Shown here in pieces: positions 50,566 through 61,588 of a stretch of 64,000 nucleotides of DNA. The first letter of the stretch is position 1. Each line of letters starts with the position of its first letter. Source of the DNA: Candidatus Versatilivorator sp. (lineage in GTDB: Bacteria; Acidobacteriota; Terriglobia; Versatilivoradales; Versatilivoraceae); contig OZ242296.1 in NCBI GenBank assembly GCA_965207735.1, positions 3,872,001 through 3,936,000 of the forward strand, in the 5' to 3' direction. The notes under the pieces are model-generated. The model ran no database searches and was not told the DNA's origin. It saw only the letters and a list, made by a program, of their open reading frames with translations. Position numbers and translations under genes: made by a program.

Positions 50566-52896
50566 TCACTCCACCCGGGATTCGTCCATCTCGCGGTAGT
50601 AGTCCGGGCGCTTCAGAACCTCTCGCGGCTTGCTGCCGTCGGGTGGGCCCACAATACCGTCGTTTTCCATGATGTCGAGCAGGCGGGCCGCCCGGCCATA
50701 GCCTATGCGCAAACGGCGCTGCAGGGTGGAAGTGGAGGCCTTACCCATTTCCACCACGATGCGGACCGCCTCGTCGTAGAGCTCGTCCGTATCCCGTTCC
50801 ATTTCCTCCGTGTCTGCCTTCTCGGAGCGGTCTTCCACCACCCCTTGATCGTAGACCGGTTGCGCCTGGGACTTGAGGTGCTCCACCACGCGGGCGATCT
50901 CCTCGGTGGTCACCAGGGCGCCGTGGACCCGGGTCATCCTCGAGGTCCCGGGTGGAATGAAGAGCATGTCTCCTTTCCCCAGGAGCTGTTGAGCTCCCAT
51001 CTGGTCCAGAATAGTGCGCGAGTCCACCTTCTGAGCGACACGAAAGGAAATCCGGGAAGGGAAATTGGCCTTGATGATTCCCGTAAGCACGTCCACCGAG
51101 GGGCGCTGGGTGGCCACGATCAGGTGGATCCCCACGGCCCGGGCCATCTGAGCCAGGCGCATGATGGATTCTTCGACGTCCTTTGAGGCCACCATCATCA
51201 AGTCGGCCAGTTCATCGATCACGATGACGATGTAAGGCAGGGGTGTGAGAGGAGCGTTCTGCTCTTCCGAGAACAGCTCCAGATTCCGGGGCTTCCGCAC
51301 AAAGGTGTTGAACTGGTCGATGCTGCGGACGCCCACCGAGGCCAGCAGCTTGTACCGGTTTTCCATCTCCTTGGTCGCCCATTTCAAGGCATTGGAAGCC
51401 CGCTTGGGTTCCACCACCACCGGGGTCAGCAGATTGGGAATGTCCTCGTAGACACCCAGTTCCAGGCGCTTGGGATCCACCATGATCAACTTCACTTCTT
51501 CCGGCGGGGACTTGTAGAGGATGGAAAGGATCATGGCATTGATCCCCACGCTTTTGCCGGCGCCGGTCTGCCCGGCGATGAGCAGGTGAGGCATCTTGGC
51601 CAGATCGGCAACGACGATTTTTCCGACAATGTCCTTGCCCAGAGCGATGGTCAGCCGGGAGGTGGACTTCTTGAATTCAGTGGACTGGATGACCTCGCTG
51701 AGAAGAATCTGCTCCCGATTGGCGTTGGGGACCTCGACTCCAACCGTGGATTTCCCCGGCAATCGATTGATGCGCACCGACTCCGCCTTGAGGGCCAGGC
51801 ACAGGTCGTCCACCAGGTTGGTGATTCGACTGTACTTGACTCCGGCTTCCGGCTTGAATTCGTAGGTGGTGACGACCGGGCCGGGATGAATATGCAAGAC
51901 CTGCCCACCAACGCCGAACTCCCTGCACTTCTCCGTCAATAGGCCGGCACGCTCCAGAAGTTCCTCCTCGCCGACGTCCGCCCGCTCGCCGGGGGCCTGG
52001 AGCAGGGCGATGGAGGGCATGGGGAAGTCGGTCGGGGATGTCCCAGTCGTCCGTCTGGCTTTGGTCTTTCTCTTGGCGGGAAGGGGAGCAGCCTCCTCGG
52101 ATTCCTCTTCGCCATCGAAAAGCGTCGGCGCGGACGGCTCCTCCTCGGCAGCTTCCCACTGCTTTATCTCGGAAACCTTTTGAGTGGTGACCACCTTTCT
52201 TTCCTCGCCCCGCTTCAGTCTGGCCTCCAACCTCTTTTTCTGTCTCTTCTTCTCTGCCGCCTTGCGCCTATTCCGCCATTGGTCCTGCCACCCCCGCAAG
52301 AATTGCAGTCGTCTGTCCAGCCAGTCCAGACAAACTTTGAAGGAGAAACGGGTGGCAACAAAGAGGGAGGCCATGAAAATCATGAAGCCAACGATGCAGG
52401 CGCCGGCCCAATTGAAGCGGACCTGAAACCATTCCGCCAGCAGGTCTCCGACCACCCCTCCGGCCTTGGTGGCGCCGCCGGTGCCGACGACGTCGCCGGC
52501 CTGGAGCGACCACCCCACCGTCACAGGCTGAGGGAACAGCAACGCCAGGAGAAGACATCCGGAGCCGGCCAGGCAAAGCAGGCCCACGACTTTGGTGACT
52601 GGTGTGCCGATGTCCTGAGAACGCAACCATTTCCAGCCGAAAATCGCGAAGGTCACCGGAAAAAGGAATGAGGCGTATCCGAAGAACATCAGCAACAGAT
52701 CGGCCACGACGGACCCGAACTTGCCGATGTAGTTGTGCACCGTATCCTGGCTGAGCAGCTGGCGCGACACGTTGAGGGAAGGGTCCATCGGATGGAAGGA
52801 GACCAGGCTCAACACCAGCAGGAGAGCCAGGCTGAGCAGCATCAGTCCTACGGCTTCGTTGAGACGCGGATGTGCGGTGGGGGCCAGAAAACTCAT
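50566..52896 (-). CDS. ftsK: DNA translocase FtsK
   Basis: N-terminal TMs, GQTGAGKS, IDELADLMM, gamma domain LQRRLRIGYGRAAR. Confidence 0.97.
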   Translation of the reverse strand: MSFLAPTAHPRLNEAVGLMLLSLALLLVLSLVSFHPMDPSLNVSRQLLSQDTVHNYIGKFGSVVADLLLMFFGYASFLFPVTFAIFGWKWLRSQDIGTPVTKVVGLLCLAGSGCLLLALLFPQPVTVGWSLQAGDVVGTGGATKAGGVVGDLLAEWFQVRFNWAGACIVGFMIFMASLFVATRFSFKVCLDWLDRRLQFLRGWQDQWRNRRKAAEKKRQKKRLEARLKRGEERKVVTTQKVSEIKQWEAAEEEPSAPTLFDGEEESEEAAPLPAKRKTKARRTTGTSPTDFPMPSIALLQAPGERADVGEEELLERAGLLTEKCREFGVGGQVLHIHPGPVVTTYEFKPEAGVKYSRITNLVDDLCLALKAESVRINRLPGKSTVGVEVPNANREQILLSEVIQSTEFKKSTSRLTIALGKDIVGKIVVADLAKMPHLLIAGQTGAGKSVGINAMILSILYKSPPEEVKLIMVDPKRLELGVYEDIPNLLTPVVVEPKRASNALKWATKEMENRYKLLASVGVRSIDQFNTFVRKPRNLELFSEEQNAPLTPLPYIVIVIDELADLMMVASKDVEESIMRLAQMARAVGIHLIVATQRPSVDVLTGIIKANFPSRISFRVAQKVDSRTILDQMGAQQLLGKGDMLFIPPGTSRMTRVHGALVTTEEIARVVEHLKSQAQPVYDQGVVEDRSEKADTEEMERDTDELYDEAVRIVVEMGKASTSTLQRRLRIGYGRAARLLDIMENDGIVGPPDGSKPREVLKRPDYYREMDESRVE

Positions 52897-52898
52897 GC

Positions 52899-53717
52899 CT
52901 ACAGTCCACCCCGTTGGAGGATGATGAGAATCACGATACCCAAAAGGATACGGTAATGGACAAAAACATAAAGCGTTTTTTTCTGAAGGAAACGCATGAA
53001 GATCTTGATGGTGATGTGACCGACGATCAGGGCCGTGAAGAAGCCGGCCAACAGACTGGCGGCCTCGCCCTCGGGAATTCCTAACTGATTGATTTCGAGG
53101 AGCTTCTTCAGGCTGGCTCCCGCAAGGATGGGGATCGCAAGCAGGAAGGAGAATCGGGCGGCCGCCTCCCGCGTCATCCCTCGAAAAAGTCCGGCCGTTA
53201 TGGTGATGCCCGAGCGGGAGGTCCCGGGAATCAGAGCCAGTGCCTGGGCTATCCCCACCCATAGCGCGTCCATCAGGGCAATTTTCTCCACTCCCTTCTT
53301 CAAAGTGGCTCGACGTTCCGCCAGCCAGAGCAGGAGCGCAAAGAAGATCAGCGTCATGGGAATGATGCCGGCACTCCGAAGCTGGGTGGCAACCAGCTCT
53401 TCCGCCAACAACCCGGTAGTGGCGGCGGGAAGGGTTCCCAGGAACAGAAACAGAAGCATGCCGCGCCCTCCGGGCCGCTCGGGGGCGAGGGCTCGCGAGG
53501 GCTGAATGCTCTCCCGAAGGATTCGGAAGCAGTCTCGCCAAAAGCAAGAGAGAATGGCCAGGAGAGTCGCAGCGTGCAGGACGACGTCGAAGGTGAGCCC
53601 CTGGTCGGGCCAACCCGTTATCCAGGGAACCAGAATCAAATGAGCGGAACTGCTGATAGGCAGGAACTCCGTCAGGCCTTGCACGGTTCCCAGGACAATC
53701 GCCTGCCTGATGGTCAT
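52899..53717 (-). CDS. uppP: undecaprenyl-diphosphatase
   Basis: QGLTEFLPISSSAH, PGTSRSG. Confidence 0.96.
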   Translation of the reverse strand: MTIRQAIVLGTVQGLTEFLPISSSAHLILVPWITGWPDQGLTFDVVLHAATLLAILSCFWRDCFRILRESIQPSRALAPERPGGRGMLLFLFLGTLPAATTGLLAEELVATQLRSAGIIPMTLIFFALLLWLAERRATLKKGVEKIALMDALWVGIAQALALIPGTSRSGITITAGLFRGMTREAAARFSFLLAIPILAGASLKKLLEINQLGIPEGEAASLLAGFFTALIVGHITIKIFMRFLQKKTLYVFVHYRILLGIVILIILQRGGL

Positions 53718-53769
53718 GGAGTTCTCGCGTGGCTGCGGGCGCCCTCGACCAAAGCCGTCGGGCGACTCG

Positions 53770-55443
53770 TCAAATCTCCAGGATGACCGGCAGCACCAGC
53801 GGCCGCTTGGCCGTCTGCTTGAACAGGAAGCGGCGCAAGTCGGTGCGGATCTTCTCCTTGATGAGGGACCAGTCGGTTCTCTCTTCCACGCTGGAGTCCT
53901 CCAGGGTTTCCAGCACACGGCCGCGGGCTTCTTCCAGGAGAGTGTCGTCTTCGTCCACGAAGACGAAGCCTCGGGTGATGATCTCGGGCTGGGTCTCCAT
54001 CTGGCCGCTGGCCTTGTTGATGGCCAGAATGGGAAGCACAATGCCGTCCTCGGAAAGATGGCGGCGGTCCCTCACCACCACTTCCTCCAGCTCGTCCAGG
54101 CTGCCCTCATCGATAAAGATTCGGCCCACGGGCGCCTTGCCGTTGACCTCGGCCCCCTCCCGGCTCAGTTGAATGCGATCGCCGGTCTCCGCGACCAGCA
54201 CCGTGTCTCCCACCGCGTGCAGGTTTCTGGCCAATTCCGCGTGGCGATGGAGTTGGCGGTATTCTCCATGGATGGGCACGAAATGCCTGGGGCGTACCAG
54301 GTTTAGCAGCAGCTTCAGCTCCTCGGAGCTGGCGTGTCCTGAAACGTGAATGGGAGGCAGGGATCCGTCATCGTAATGGACGGCCGCACCCCTCTTGTAG
54401 AGATGGTTGACCATGCGGGAAATGGTCTTTTCGTTGCCGGGAATGATGCGCGCCGAAATCACCACGGTGTCTTCCCGCCCGATTTTCACGTTCTTGAAGT
54501 TGTCCACGGCCATCTGGGGCAGGGCGGCCAGCGGTTGCCCCTGACAGCCCGTCAGAATCAAGACGACGCGTTCCGGCGGCATTCTCCTGACGTCCTGTAT
54601 CTTGACCAGCAGTCCGTCCGGAATGTTCAGGTAGCCGAGCTGGTGGGCGACCCTGGTCGTCGACAGCATGCTCCGTCCGGCGATGGCCACCTTGCGCCCA
54701 TAGCGCTGGGCCAGGTTGAACACGGTCTGAATGCGATGGATGGAGGAGGTGAAACAGGAAACGATCACCTTGCCCGGAGCGTGGTGAAAGATCTCGTCCA
54801 GCTTTTCGATCACGGCGGTTTCCGAGGGGGTAAATCCCGGCCGATCCACGTTGGTGCTGTCTGAAAACAACGCCAGCACCCCCCGGCTTCCGTACTCGGC
54901 AATTCGGGGCAGGTCGGTGACCCGGCCATCCAGGGGTGAGAGGTCGATCTTGAAATCCCCCGTGTGGAGAATCACTCCCGCCGGGGTGGTGATCGCCAGC
55001 ATGACGGCATCCACAATGCTGTGGGTGACATGGATGAACTCCACCCGGAAGTCTCCCATTTGGTGGGTCTGGCCGGCCTCGACGGTGATGAGCTCGGCCT
55101 GATCCAGCAAATGGTGCTCGGCCAGCTTGGCGGAGGCCAGGCCCAGGGTGTATCCGGTGCCGTATATGGGAACATGGCTCAAGGCGGGGAACACGAAGGG
55201 TAGGGCCCCGATGTGATCCTCGTGGCCGTGGGTCAGCACGATGGCTTGAACCTGGGAGGCATTGTCAATCAGGAAGGAGATGTCGGGGACGATGACGTCG
55301 ATGCCCAGGAGCTCTTCATCGGGAAACATCAAGCCCGAATCCACCACGATCATCTGATCGCCGTAGCGGAACACCATCATGTTCATCCCGAACTCCCCCA
55401 AGCCGCCGAGCGGGATGGCTTCAATAAACTCCTTAGAATTCAC
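53770..55443 (-). CDS. rnj: ribonuclease J
   Basis: PLGGLGEFG, THGHEDHIG, HVSGH. Confidence 0.96.
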   Translation of the reverse strand: MNSKEFIEAIPLGGLGEFGMNMMVFRYGDQMIVVDSGLMFPDEELLGIDVIVPDISFLIDNASQVQAIVLTHGHEDHIGALPFVFPALSHVPIYGTGYTLGLASAKLAEHHLLDQAELITVEAGQTHQMGDFRVEFIHVTHSIVDAVMLAITTPAGVILHTGDFKIDLSPLDGRVTDLPRIAEYGSRGVLALFSDSTNVDRPGFTPSETAVIEKLDEIFHHAPGKVIVSCFTSSIHRIQTVFNLAQRYGRKVAIAGRSMLSTTRVAHQLGYLNIPDGLLVKIQDVRRMPPERVVLILTGCQGQPLAALPQMAVDNFKNVKIGREDTVVISARIIPGNEKTISRMVNHLYKRGAAVHYDDGSLPPIHVSGHASSEELKLLLNLVRPRHFVPIHGEYRQLHRHAELARNLHAVGDTVLVAETGDRIQLSREGAEVNGKAPVGRIFIDEGSLDELEEVVVRDRRHLSEDGIVLPILAINKASGQMETQPEIITRGFVFVDEDDTLLEEARGRVLETLEDSSVEERTDWSLIKEKIRTDLRRFLFKQTAKRPLVLPVILEI

Positions 55444-55508
55444 GCGTTAACCTCCTGTTTGGGTGCCACATCCATTTGCCGGGGGTTTCAATCTGACCTG
55501 AATGCGAG

Positions 55509-57146
55509 CTAGGGGAAGACGGACATGGCCGTTTCCTGGGTGGTCATGAACTCCAGCAACACCGGTACGCCTTCCCGGGTTTTCCGGATTCCTCGCTCAA
55601 GGGCCGGAACAATGGCCTCGGCCTTTTCCACCCGTTCGGAATAGCAGCCCAGAGATCGGGCCATGTCGGCGTAATTGCCGGAAATATCGGTGATGCGGTG
55701 CTTGACGCTGGCCGTGGGATAGAACATCAACTCGGTGGCCATGCAGAAATTGTTGAACAGGATGGAGAGGATGGGGATCTTTTCTCGAACCGCCGTCTCC
55801 AGGTCGGTGCCGGTAAACCCGATGGCGGCGTCTCCCCAGAGGTTGATGCACAGTTTGTCCGGCCGGGCCAGCTTGGCTCCCAGGGCCAGGCCCAATCCGT
55901 AGCCGAGCTGGGTCGACTTGCCCCAGCCTATGTAGGACAGCGGGCTGACGCATTCCCAGAAAGGAGAGAGCTGGTCTCTGGGACCTCCGGAGTCGTGGGT
56001 GATGATGGTTTCGGCAACGTCCACCGTCCGCATCAGGTCCCCGATCACCCGGTAGGGGGTAAAGGGCTGATGGGAGGCGGTCAATTTCGGTCTCCAGACA
56101 GCCATCCATTCCTTCCTGATGGCTTGAATCCGCTGGGCGATTCCCTCGCCCCTCCCTCGCCCCTCTGGATTCAGGCGAGGTCCGATCTTCTCGAGCAAGG
56201 CTTCCAGCACCAGGCGCGCATCCCCGACCAATCCGTGCTCTACGGCAACGTCCTTGTTGATGTCGGCGGAATCCACCGTGGCGTGCAGGATCCGGGCGCT
56301 GCTCGGCATCGACAACCCGAAGGGCGTGGAGGTAAAGCTGCAGCCCACCCCGAAGACGAGGTCGGCCTGGCTGAGGAACTCATGCACCATCCGGGTGGTG
56401 GAACGTCCGCCCGAGCCCAGCGAGAGCGGGTGGTTTTCCGGAAAGGCGCTCTTTCCGCCCAGGCTGGTCGTCACCGGTGCTTCCAGCAGTTCGGCCAATT
56501 CCCGCAAGGCCTGCCAGGCCTTGGCGTAATGGATGCCCTGCCCGGCGTAGATGACAGGCCGTTCCGCCTCGAGCAGCATCTCGACCGCCCGTGTCACCGA
56601 CGGTCCATCCGGACCGTATCGGATCCTTGGCGCCGGCTGGTAGGAGAAAGGCTCGGGGACTTCCTCGGTCAGCAGGTCGGAGGGAAACTCCACCATAACC
56701 GGACGAGGACGTCCGTTCCTGACCTGGGTAAAGGCGCGGCGAAGCGTTGCCGTCAGGTGAGCCGGGAGCGTGACCTGCTCGCAGGACTTGGTCACCTGGC
56801 GGTAGTTGAGCGAGGAGTTGAAGTTGGGCTGCACCTGGGCCCATTCCCGGGAATGCCCCATCGGCAAGACCACGATCGGGGAGGATTCAGCGTAGGCCTG
56901 GGCCACGCCGCCAAAGGCGTTTTCGGCGCCGGGCCCGTTCTGCATGCAGAAGACGCCGATCCGTTCGCCGCTGTGCATCCGGCTGAAGGCATCGGCCATG
57001 TGCAGGCCGGTTCTTTCCTGGCGCACGATGATGGGCCGAATGCCTGCCTTGGATGCCGATTCGATGAGAGGGTTCAGGGGGTAAGCGAAAAGGACATCCA
57101 CTCCCTCCAGAATCAGAATACGGGCGACTGCATCAGCAACGGTCAT
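55509..57146 (-). CDS. thiamine pyrophosphate-requiring enzyme (acetolactate synthase-like)
   Basis: RQERTGLHMAD, GPGAEN, GDAA..N motif. Confidence 0.9.
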   Translation of the reverse strand: MTVADAVARILILEGVDVLFAYPLNPLIESASKAGIRPIIVRQERTGLHMADAFSRMHSGERIGVFCMQNGPGAENAFGGVAQAYAESSPIVVLPMGHSREWAQVQPNFNSSLNYRQVTKSCEQVTLPAHLTATLRRAFTQVRNGRPRPVMVEFPSDLLTEEVPEPFSYQPAPRIRYGPDGPSVTRAVEMLLEAERPVIYAGQGIHYAKAWQALRELAELLEAPVTTSLGGKSAFPENHPLSLGSGGRSTTRMVHEFLSQADLVFGVGCSFTSTPFGLSMPSSARILHATVDSADINKDVAVEHGLVGDARLVLEALLEKIGPRLNPEGRGRGEGIAQRIQAIRKEWMAVWRPKLTASHQPFTPYRVIGDLMRTVDVAETIITHDSGGPRDQLSPFWECVSPLSYIGWGKSTQLGYGLGLALGAKLARPDKLCINLWGDAAIGFTGTDLETAVREKIPILSILFNNFCMATELMFYPTASVKHRITDISGNYADMARSLGCYSERVEKAEAIVPALERGIRKTREGVPVLLEFMTTQETAMSVFP

Positions 57147-57216
57147 TGAGACACAGTCTAGCACAGGTCCCGAACAATGCCCGCCAACCATCGGCTGCCG
57201 TCCGCGGCGGGCGGCG

Positions 57217-57485
57217 CTTACCTGGAACAGAAGAAAAAGGAGTGATCCACGAAGACACACGAAGGACCACTAAGGCAATGATGTTTATTTGAAACAACGC
57301 CTTGTGCCGGGTGGCGGAACATCCGTTCAAAGTCCAGCATAGTCAGACGGCTAATTTACATGGATGCACAGGATGCACAGGATTTTTTCCGGAGACGGCT
57401 GGCTTGTATTCCTGGAAATCCGTAAATCCTCACTCGATCTTTGAGCGAATCTGCTTCCCGTGCGGCGGCCTCTCGTCCTTTTAAT
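57217..57485 (-). repeat. inverted mosaic cassette (truncated A plus B), interrupted by IS1634
   Basis: Reverse complement matches 45525-45741 and type A ends. Confidence 0.8.
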
Positions 57486-59414
57486 CCGAAGTTCCTCCCA
57501 TTTTACACCCAAAAAATCGCCTTAAGCCATTTGTTTTCTTGGGGAAGAGGATTGAGGCGTGTGGAGTGTTGTTCCCATGTATATGATTAGCATTTATCTT
57601 GACATGATAGTTGTATGTGATATCGTAGTCCCATGTACGTCGAAACCGTCCCCAACCGCAACTCTCCCCCTGCCATCCTCCTGCGCGAAGGCCGCCGTGA
57701 GGGTAAAAAGGTCCATAAACGCACCCTGGCCAATCTCTCCCATTGGCCCAAGGACAAGATCGAGCGCCTCCGGCGCGTGCTCAAGAACGAACCCCTGGTC
57801 CATCCCGACCAACTCTTCGCCATCGAACGCTCCCTGCCTCATGGCCACGTCGAGTTGCTGCTGGAAGTGGTGCGGCAGCTGAAGCTGCCGGCGCTGATCG
57901 ATTCCCGACCCTCTCCCCAACGGGACCGGGTCTTGGCCATGATCCTGCAGCGTCTGCTCTATCCGGCCTCCAAGCTGGCCACCACCCGTCTTTGGCACAC
58001 CACCACGTTGGGTGAGGAACTGTCCCTTGAGGACACCGACGAGGACGATCTCTATGAGGCCATGGACTGGTTGCTGGAGCGTCAGGACCGGATTGAGCGC
58101 AAGCTGGCCAAGCGGCACCTGGCGGAAGGGGATGCGGTGCTCTATGACGTCAGCAGCAGTTACTACGAAGGCCAGACCTGCTCGCTGATGCAGTTCGGCC
58201 ACAACCGGGACGGCAGGCGGGACCGGCCCATGGTGGTCTACGGGGTGCTGGCCGACCAGATGGGGCGGCCGCTGTCGGTGCAGGCCTATGCCGGCAACAC
58301 GGGGGATCCGACCACGGTGGGGGATCAGGTGGAGAAGGTGCGGGGTCGGTTTGGTCTGGAGCGGGTGGTGCTGGTGGGGGACCGCGGGCTGCTGACCGAG
58401 ACGCAGATCAGCCATCTGAAGCGTCATCCGGGAGTGGGGTGGGTCTCAGCCCTGCGCCACCACCAGATACGCCGTCTGGTGGAGAGCGAGGCGGTTCAGC
58501 TCTCCCTGTTCGACGAGCGTCATCTGGCCGAAGTCCGCAGCCCGGACTATCCGGGCGAGAGGCTCATCGTCTGCCACAACCCGCTGCTGGCCGAGCATCG
58601 GCGGCGGAAGCGGGAGGCTTTGCTGACAGCCACCGAGGAGGCGCTGGCCGGAATCGCCCGCCAGGTGGCCAGACGGACCCGCACGCCCTTGTCGGCGACC
58701 GAGATCGCCGAGAAAGTCGGCCGGGTCAAGAACCGCTTCCAGGTGGCCAAACACTTCCGGACCCAGATCGCAGACGGGTCCTTCCACTATGAACGGCGCA
58801 CCGACGCCATCATCCGGGAGGCGCAACTGGACGGGTTCTACATGCTGAGGACCAGCGAGCCAGCCGATCGCCTGCCAACAGCCGCGGTGGTGCGCCGCTA
58901 CAAGGACCTGACGCGGGTGGAGCGGGCCTTCCGCTCCCTCAAGACCGTCGACCTGCACATCCGCCCCATCCGTCATCGGGTGGAGAGCCGGGTGCGGGCT
59001 CATCTGTTCCTGTGCCTGCTGGCCTATTACGTTCAGTGGCATCTGCGGCTGGCCCTGGCTCCGTTGCTGTTCGATGACGAGGAGTTGGAAGCGGAACGGG
59101 CACGGCGAGACCCGGTGCTGGCGGCCCAGCCGTCGGACTCCGCCAAACGGAAGAAGAGCAAACGCCTCACCGAGGACGGCTTGCCGCTGCAGAGCCTGGA
59201 GACGTTGATGGCGCAGATGGCGACGCGGGCCCGCCACCAGTGCCGATTGCCCTCCGAACCCGATGGTCCGCGAGTCCAGCGATTGACCGAGCCGACCCCG
59301 CTACAGCAAAGGGCCTTCGAGCTCATCAGGATGTTCCCAGGCAAGACAACCTGAGATTCCTGATTGATGATTGAAGATAAAGGAGTTATCTTGTCGGTGG
59401 GTCAGGAACTTCGG
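57486..59414 (+). mobile_element. IS1634-family element
   Basis: TIRs CCGAAGTTCCT / AGGAACTTCGG; TTTAAT duplication at 57480-57485 and 59415-59420. Confidence 0.93.
57633..59354 (+). CDS. IS1634-family transposase
   Basis: LYDVSSSYYEG, VLVGDRG, VERAFRSLK, RVRAHLFLC. Confidence 0.95.
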   Translation: MYVETVPNRNSPPAILLREGRREGKKVHKRTLANLSHWPKDKIERLRRVLKNEPLVHPDQLFAIERSLPHGHVELLLEVVRQLKLPALIDSRPSPQRDRVLAMILQRLLYPASKLATTRLWHTTTLGEELSLEDTDEDDLYEAMDWLLERQDRIERKLAKRHLAEGDAVLYDVSSSYYEGQTCSLMQFGHNRDGRRDRPMVVYGVLADQMGRPLSVQAYAGNTGDPTTVGDQVEKVRGRFGLERVVLVGDRGLLTETQISHLKRHPGVGWVSALRHHQIRRLVESEAVQLSLFDERHLAEVRSPDYPGERLIVCHNPLLAEHRRRKREALLTATEEALAGIARQVARRTRTPLSATEIAEKVGRVKNRFQVAKHFRTQIADGSFHYERRTDAIIREAQLDGFYMLRTSEPADRLPTAAVVRRYKDLTRVERAFRSLKTVDLHIRPIRHRVESRVRAHLFLCLLAYYVQWHLRLALAPLLFDDEELEAERARRDPVLAAQPSDSAKRKKSKRLTEDGLPLQSLETLMAQMATRARHQCRLPSEPDGPRVQRLTEPTPLQQRAFELIRMFPGKTT

Positions 59415-59730
59415 TTTAATCCTGTGCATCCATGTTCAATTTATAGTCCTTCTCGATTGATCTTCCCCGTGGCGGGCCTTGCCTGTGCCCAACGCCCCGA
59501 TTCCCAGTCAGCGTTTGTGCAACGGCCTCTGGTCCTATTAATCCTGTCCCTTGGGTTGCGGCTCAGTTTCCCTTTGATGCGGCAGCCCGCCCTTCCCGCC
59601 GGTGGGAACCGCATAAGCCCGGTCGAAGCAGAGCCTTGGCTCCCTTGCTGCTCGACCCAGGTCGAGGAGATAGGCAAGGCTGTGCCAGGACTTGTGCGGG
59701 CGGGACGCCCGCGCTCCCGGGTGGGCTTCA
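59415..59730 (-). repeat. continuation of the mosaic repeat (REP-containing segment)
   Basis: Inverted homolog of 45232-45545. Confidence 0.85.
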
Positions 59731-59859
59731 TCCCGTGACATCCTCGTTCCTTTGGATAGAATGGGGGACGGGTGCACGCCGGCGAACGCACCGGTTCCCG
59801 GCCTGAACGAGCGTACGCGCATCCCGCCCGAAATGTGGGTCAGCCCCCACGGAAATATC

Positions 59860-61245
59860 TTGAGCAAGACCCCCGATCAAAAAGTGGCGCTGGTCATCGC
59901 TACCCTGGCCGCCTTCTTCATCCCCTTCATGGGCTCCTCGGTGAATATCGCCTTGCCCACCATCGGCGAGCACTTCGGCATGGACGCGGTCTCGCTGAGC
60001 TGGGTAGCCACCTCGTTTCTGCTGGCGGCCGCCATGTTTCTTCTGCCTTGCGGGAGGCTGGCGGATATCTATGGCCGCAAACGCTTCTTTGCCTGGGGAA
60101 TCGCCGTCTACACCCTGGCCTCCTTCCTTTCAGCGGTTGCGCCCTCGGGATTGACGCTGATCCTGTTTCGATGGCTCCAGGGGTTGGGGGGCGCCATGAT
60201 CTTCAGCACCGGAATCGCCATCCTGACCTCCGTCTACCCGCAGGAGGAGAGGGGCAAGGTGTTGGGATTCAGCGTGGGGGCCGTCTACCTGGGGCTGAGC
60301 TTCGGCCCCTCCATCGGGGGGATTCTGACCGAGCAGTTCGGCTGGCGATCGGTGTTTCTGGTGCACGTCCCCATCGGCCTGCTGATAGTGTCCCTGATTG
60401 CAGCCAAGCTCAAGGGGGAGTGGGCCGATGCCCGGGGGGAGAAATTCGACTGGCCGGGCTCTCTGATCTACACCATTTCCCTGTTGGGGGTGGTCTACGG
60501 GCTTTCCCTGCTGCCCCAGGCGCTGGGAGGCTGGCTGGCCCTGGCCGGCGCGGCGGGGCTGGTCCTGTTTGTGGGATGGGAACTGAGGACCGAGAGTCCC
60601 TTGATGAACATCAAGCTGTTCCGGACCAGCACCGTCTTTGCCTACTCCAACCTGGCCGCGTTGATCCACTACAGCGCCACCTTTTCGGTGGGATTTCTGC
60701 TGAGCCTCTACCTCCAGTACATTCAGGGCTACGGGGCTCAGAGCGCCGGCATCGTCCTGATCGCCCAACCGGTGGTGATGGCCGCCTTCTCGCCCTATGC
60801 CGGCAAGCTCTCGGACCGCATCGAGCCCAGGTTGGTGGCCTCGGTCGGAATGGCCTTGACGGCCCTGGGACTGTTCCTGCTGGTCCTGATCGACAGCCGG
60901 ACCGGCGTGGGGATGGTCATTGCCAACCTGATTCTTCTTGGACTCGGGTTCGCGCTGTTTTCCTCGCCCAACACCAATGCCGTCATGAGCTCGGTGGACA
61001 AGAAGTATTTCGGCGTAGCCTCCGGCACCCTGGGGACCATGCGGTTGACCGGCCAGATGCTCAGCATGGGCATCGCCACCCTGATTTTCGCCGTTTATAT
61101 CGGGAGAGTGCAGATCACGCCCGAGCAGTATCCGCTGTTCCTGAAGAGCACCCAGGTGGCCTTCCTGATTTCCGGCGTGCTCTGTGTGTTCGGCATCCTG
61201 GCCTCGCTGGCCCGGGGAAGGTTGCGGGGTGCTGCCCGAGGTTGA
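59860..61245 (+). CDS. MFS drug:H+ antiporter (DHA2-like)
   Basis: VNIALPTI, GRLADIYGRKR, many TMs; start uncertain. Confidence 0.92.
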   Translation: MSKTPDQKVALVIATLAAFFIPFMGSSVNIALPTIGEHFGMDAVSLSWVATSFLLAAAMFLLPCGRLADIYGRKRFFAWGIAVYTLASFLSAVAPSGLTLILFRWLQGLGGAMIFSTGIAILTSVYPQEERGKVLGFSVGAVYLGLSFGPSIGGILTEQFGWRSVFLVHVPIGLLIVSLIAAKLKGEWADARGEKFDWPGSLIYTISLLGVVYGLSLLPQALGGWLALAGAAGLVLFVGWELRTESPLMNIKLFRTSTVFAYSNLAALIHYSATFSVGFLLSLYLQYIQGYGAQSAGIVLIAQPVVMAAFSPYAGKLSDRIEPRLVASVGMALTALGLFLLVLIDSRTGVGMVIANLILLGLGFALFSSPNTNAVMSSVDKKYFGVASGTLGTMRLTGQMLSMGIATLIFAVYIGRVQITPEQYPLFLKSTQVAFLISGVLCVFGILASLARGRLRGAARG

Positions 61246-61281
61246 GCCTCCAATAGAGGAATCGGTTCACCACAAGGGACT

Positions 61282-61524
61282 ATGAGAACAATCGGCGCCT
61301 CCGCGGCCAGAACCCATTTTTCCGCGCTTCTCGATGAAGTCGCCGGCGGAGAAACCATCATCATCACCAGGCGCGGACGCCCGGTGGCTAGGTTGACACC
61401 GTCGGAAGCGCCCGCCCGTCGAAGCGCTATTGCCGCAGCCGCGACCCTGCGCGACTTGTGCAAACGTGTCGGGCGGGCGACAACCGAAGAGATTCTTCAG
61501 TTGCGAAACGAAGGGCGGCGATGA
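61282..61524 (+). CDS. Phd/YefM-family antitoxin (no intact partner)
   Basis: ARTHFSALLDEVAGGETIIITRRGRPVARL. Confidence 0.9.
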   Translation: MRTIGASAARTHFSALLDEVAGGETIIITRRGRPVARLTPSEAPARRSAIAAAATLRDLCKRVGRATTEEILQLRNEGRR

Positions 61525-61588
61525 AGGCCTCGATACCGGATGGTTTCGTCACCAAGTGCTGCAAGACGAGAGACCACTATTTTCGGCC

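Noticed and set aside
52897-53613. Apparent N-terminal extensions of FtsK (also GlgA, TonB receptor, UppP)
   Set aside because: They overlap neighbouring real genes; downstream starts give normal-length proteins.
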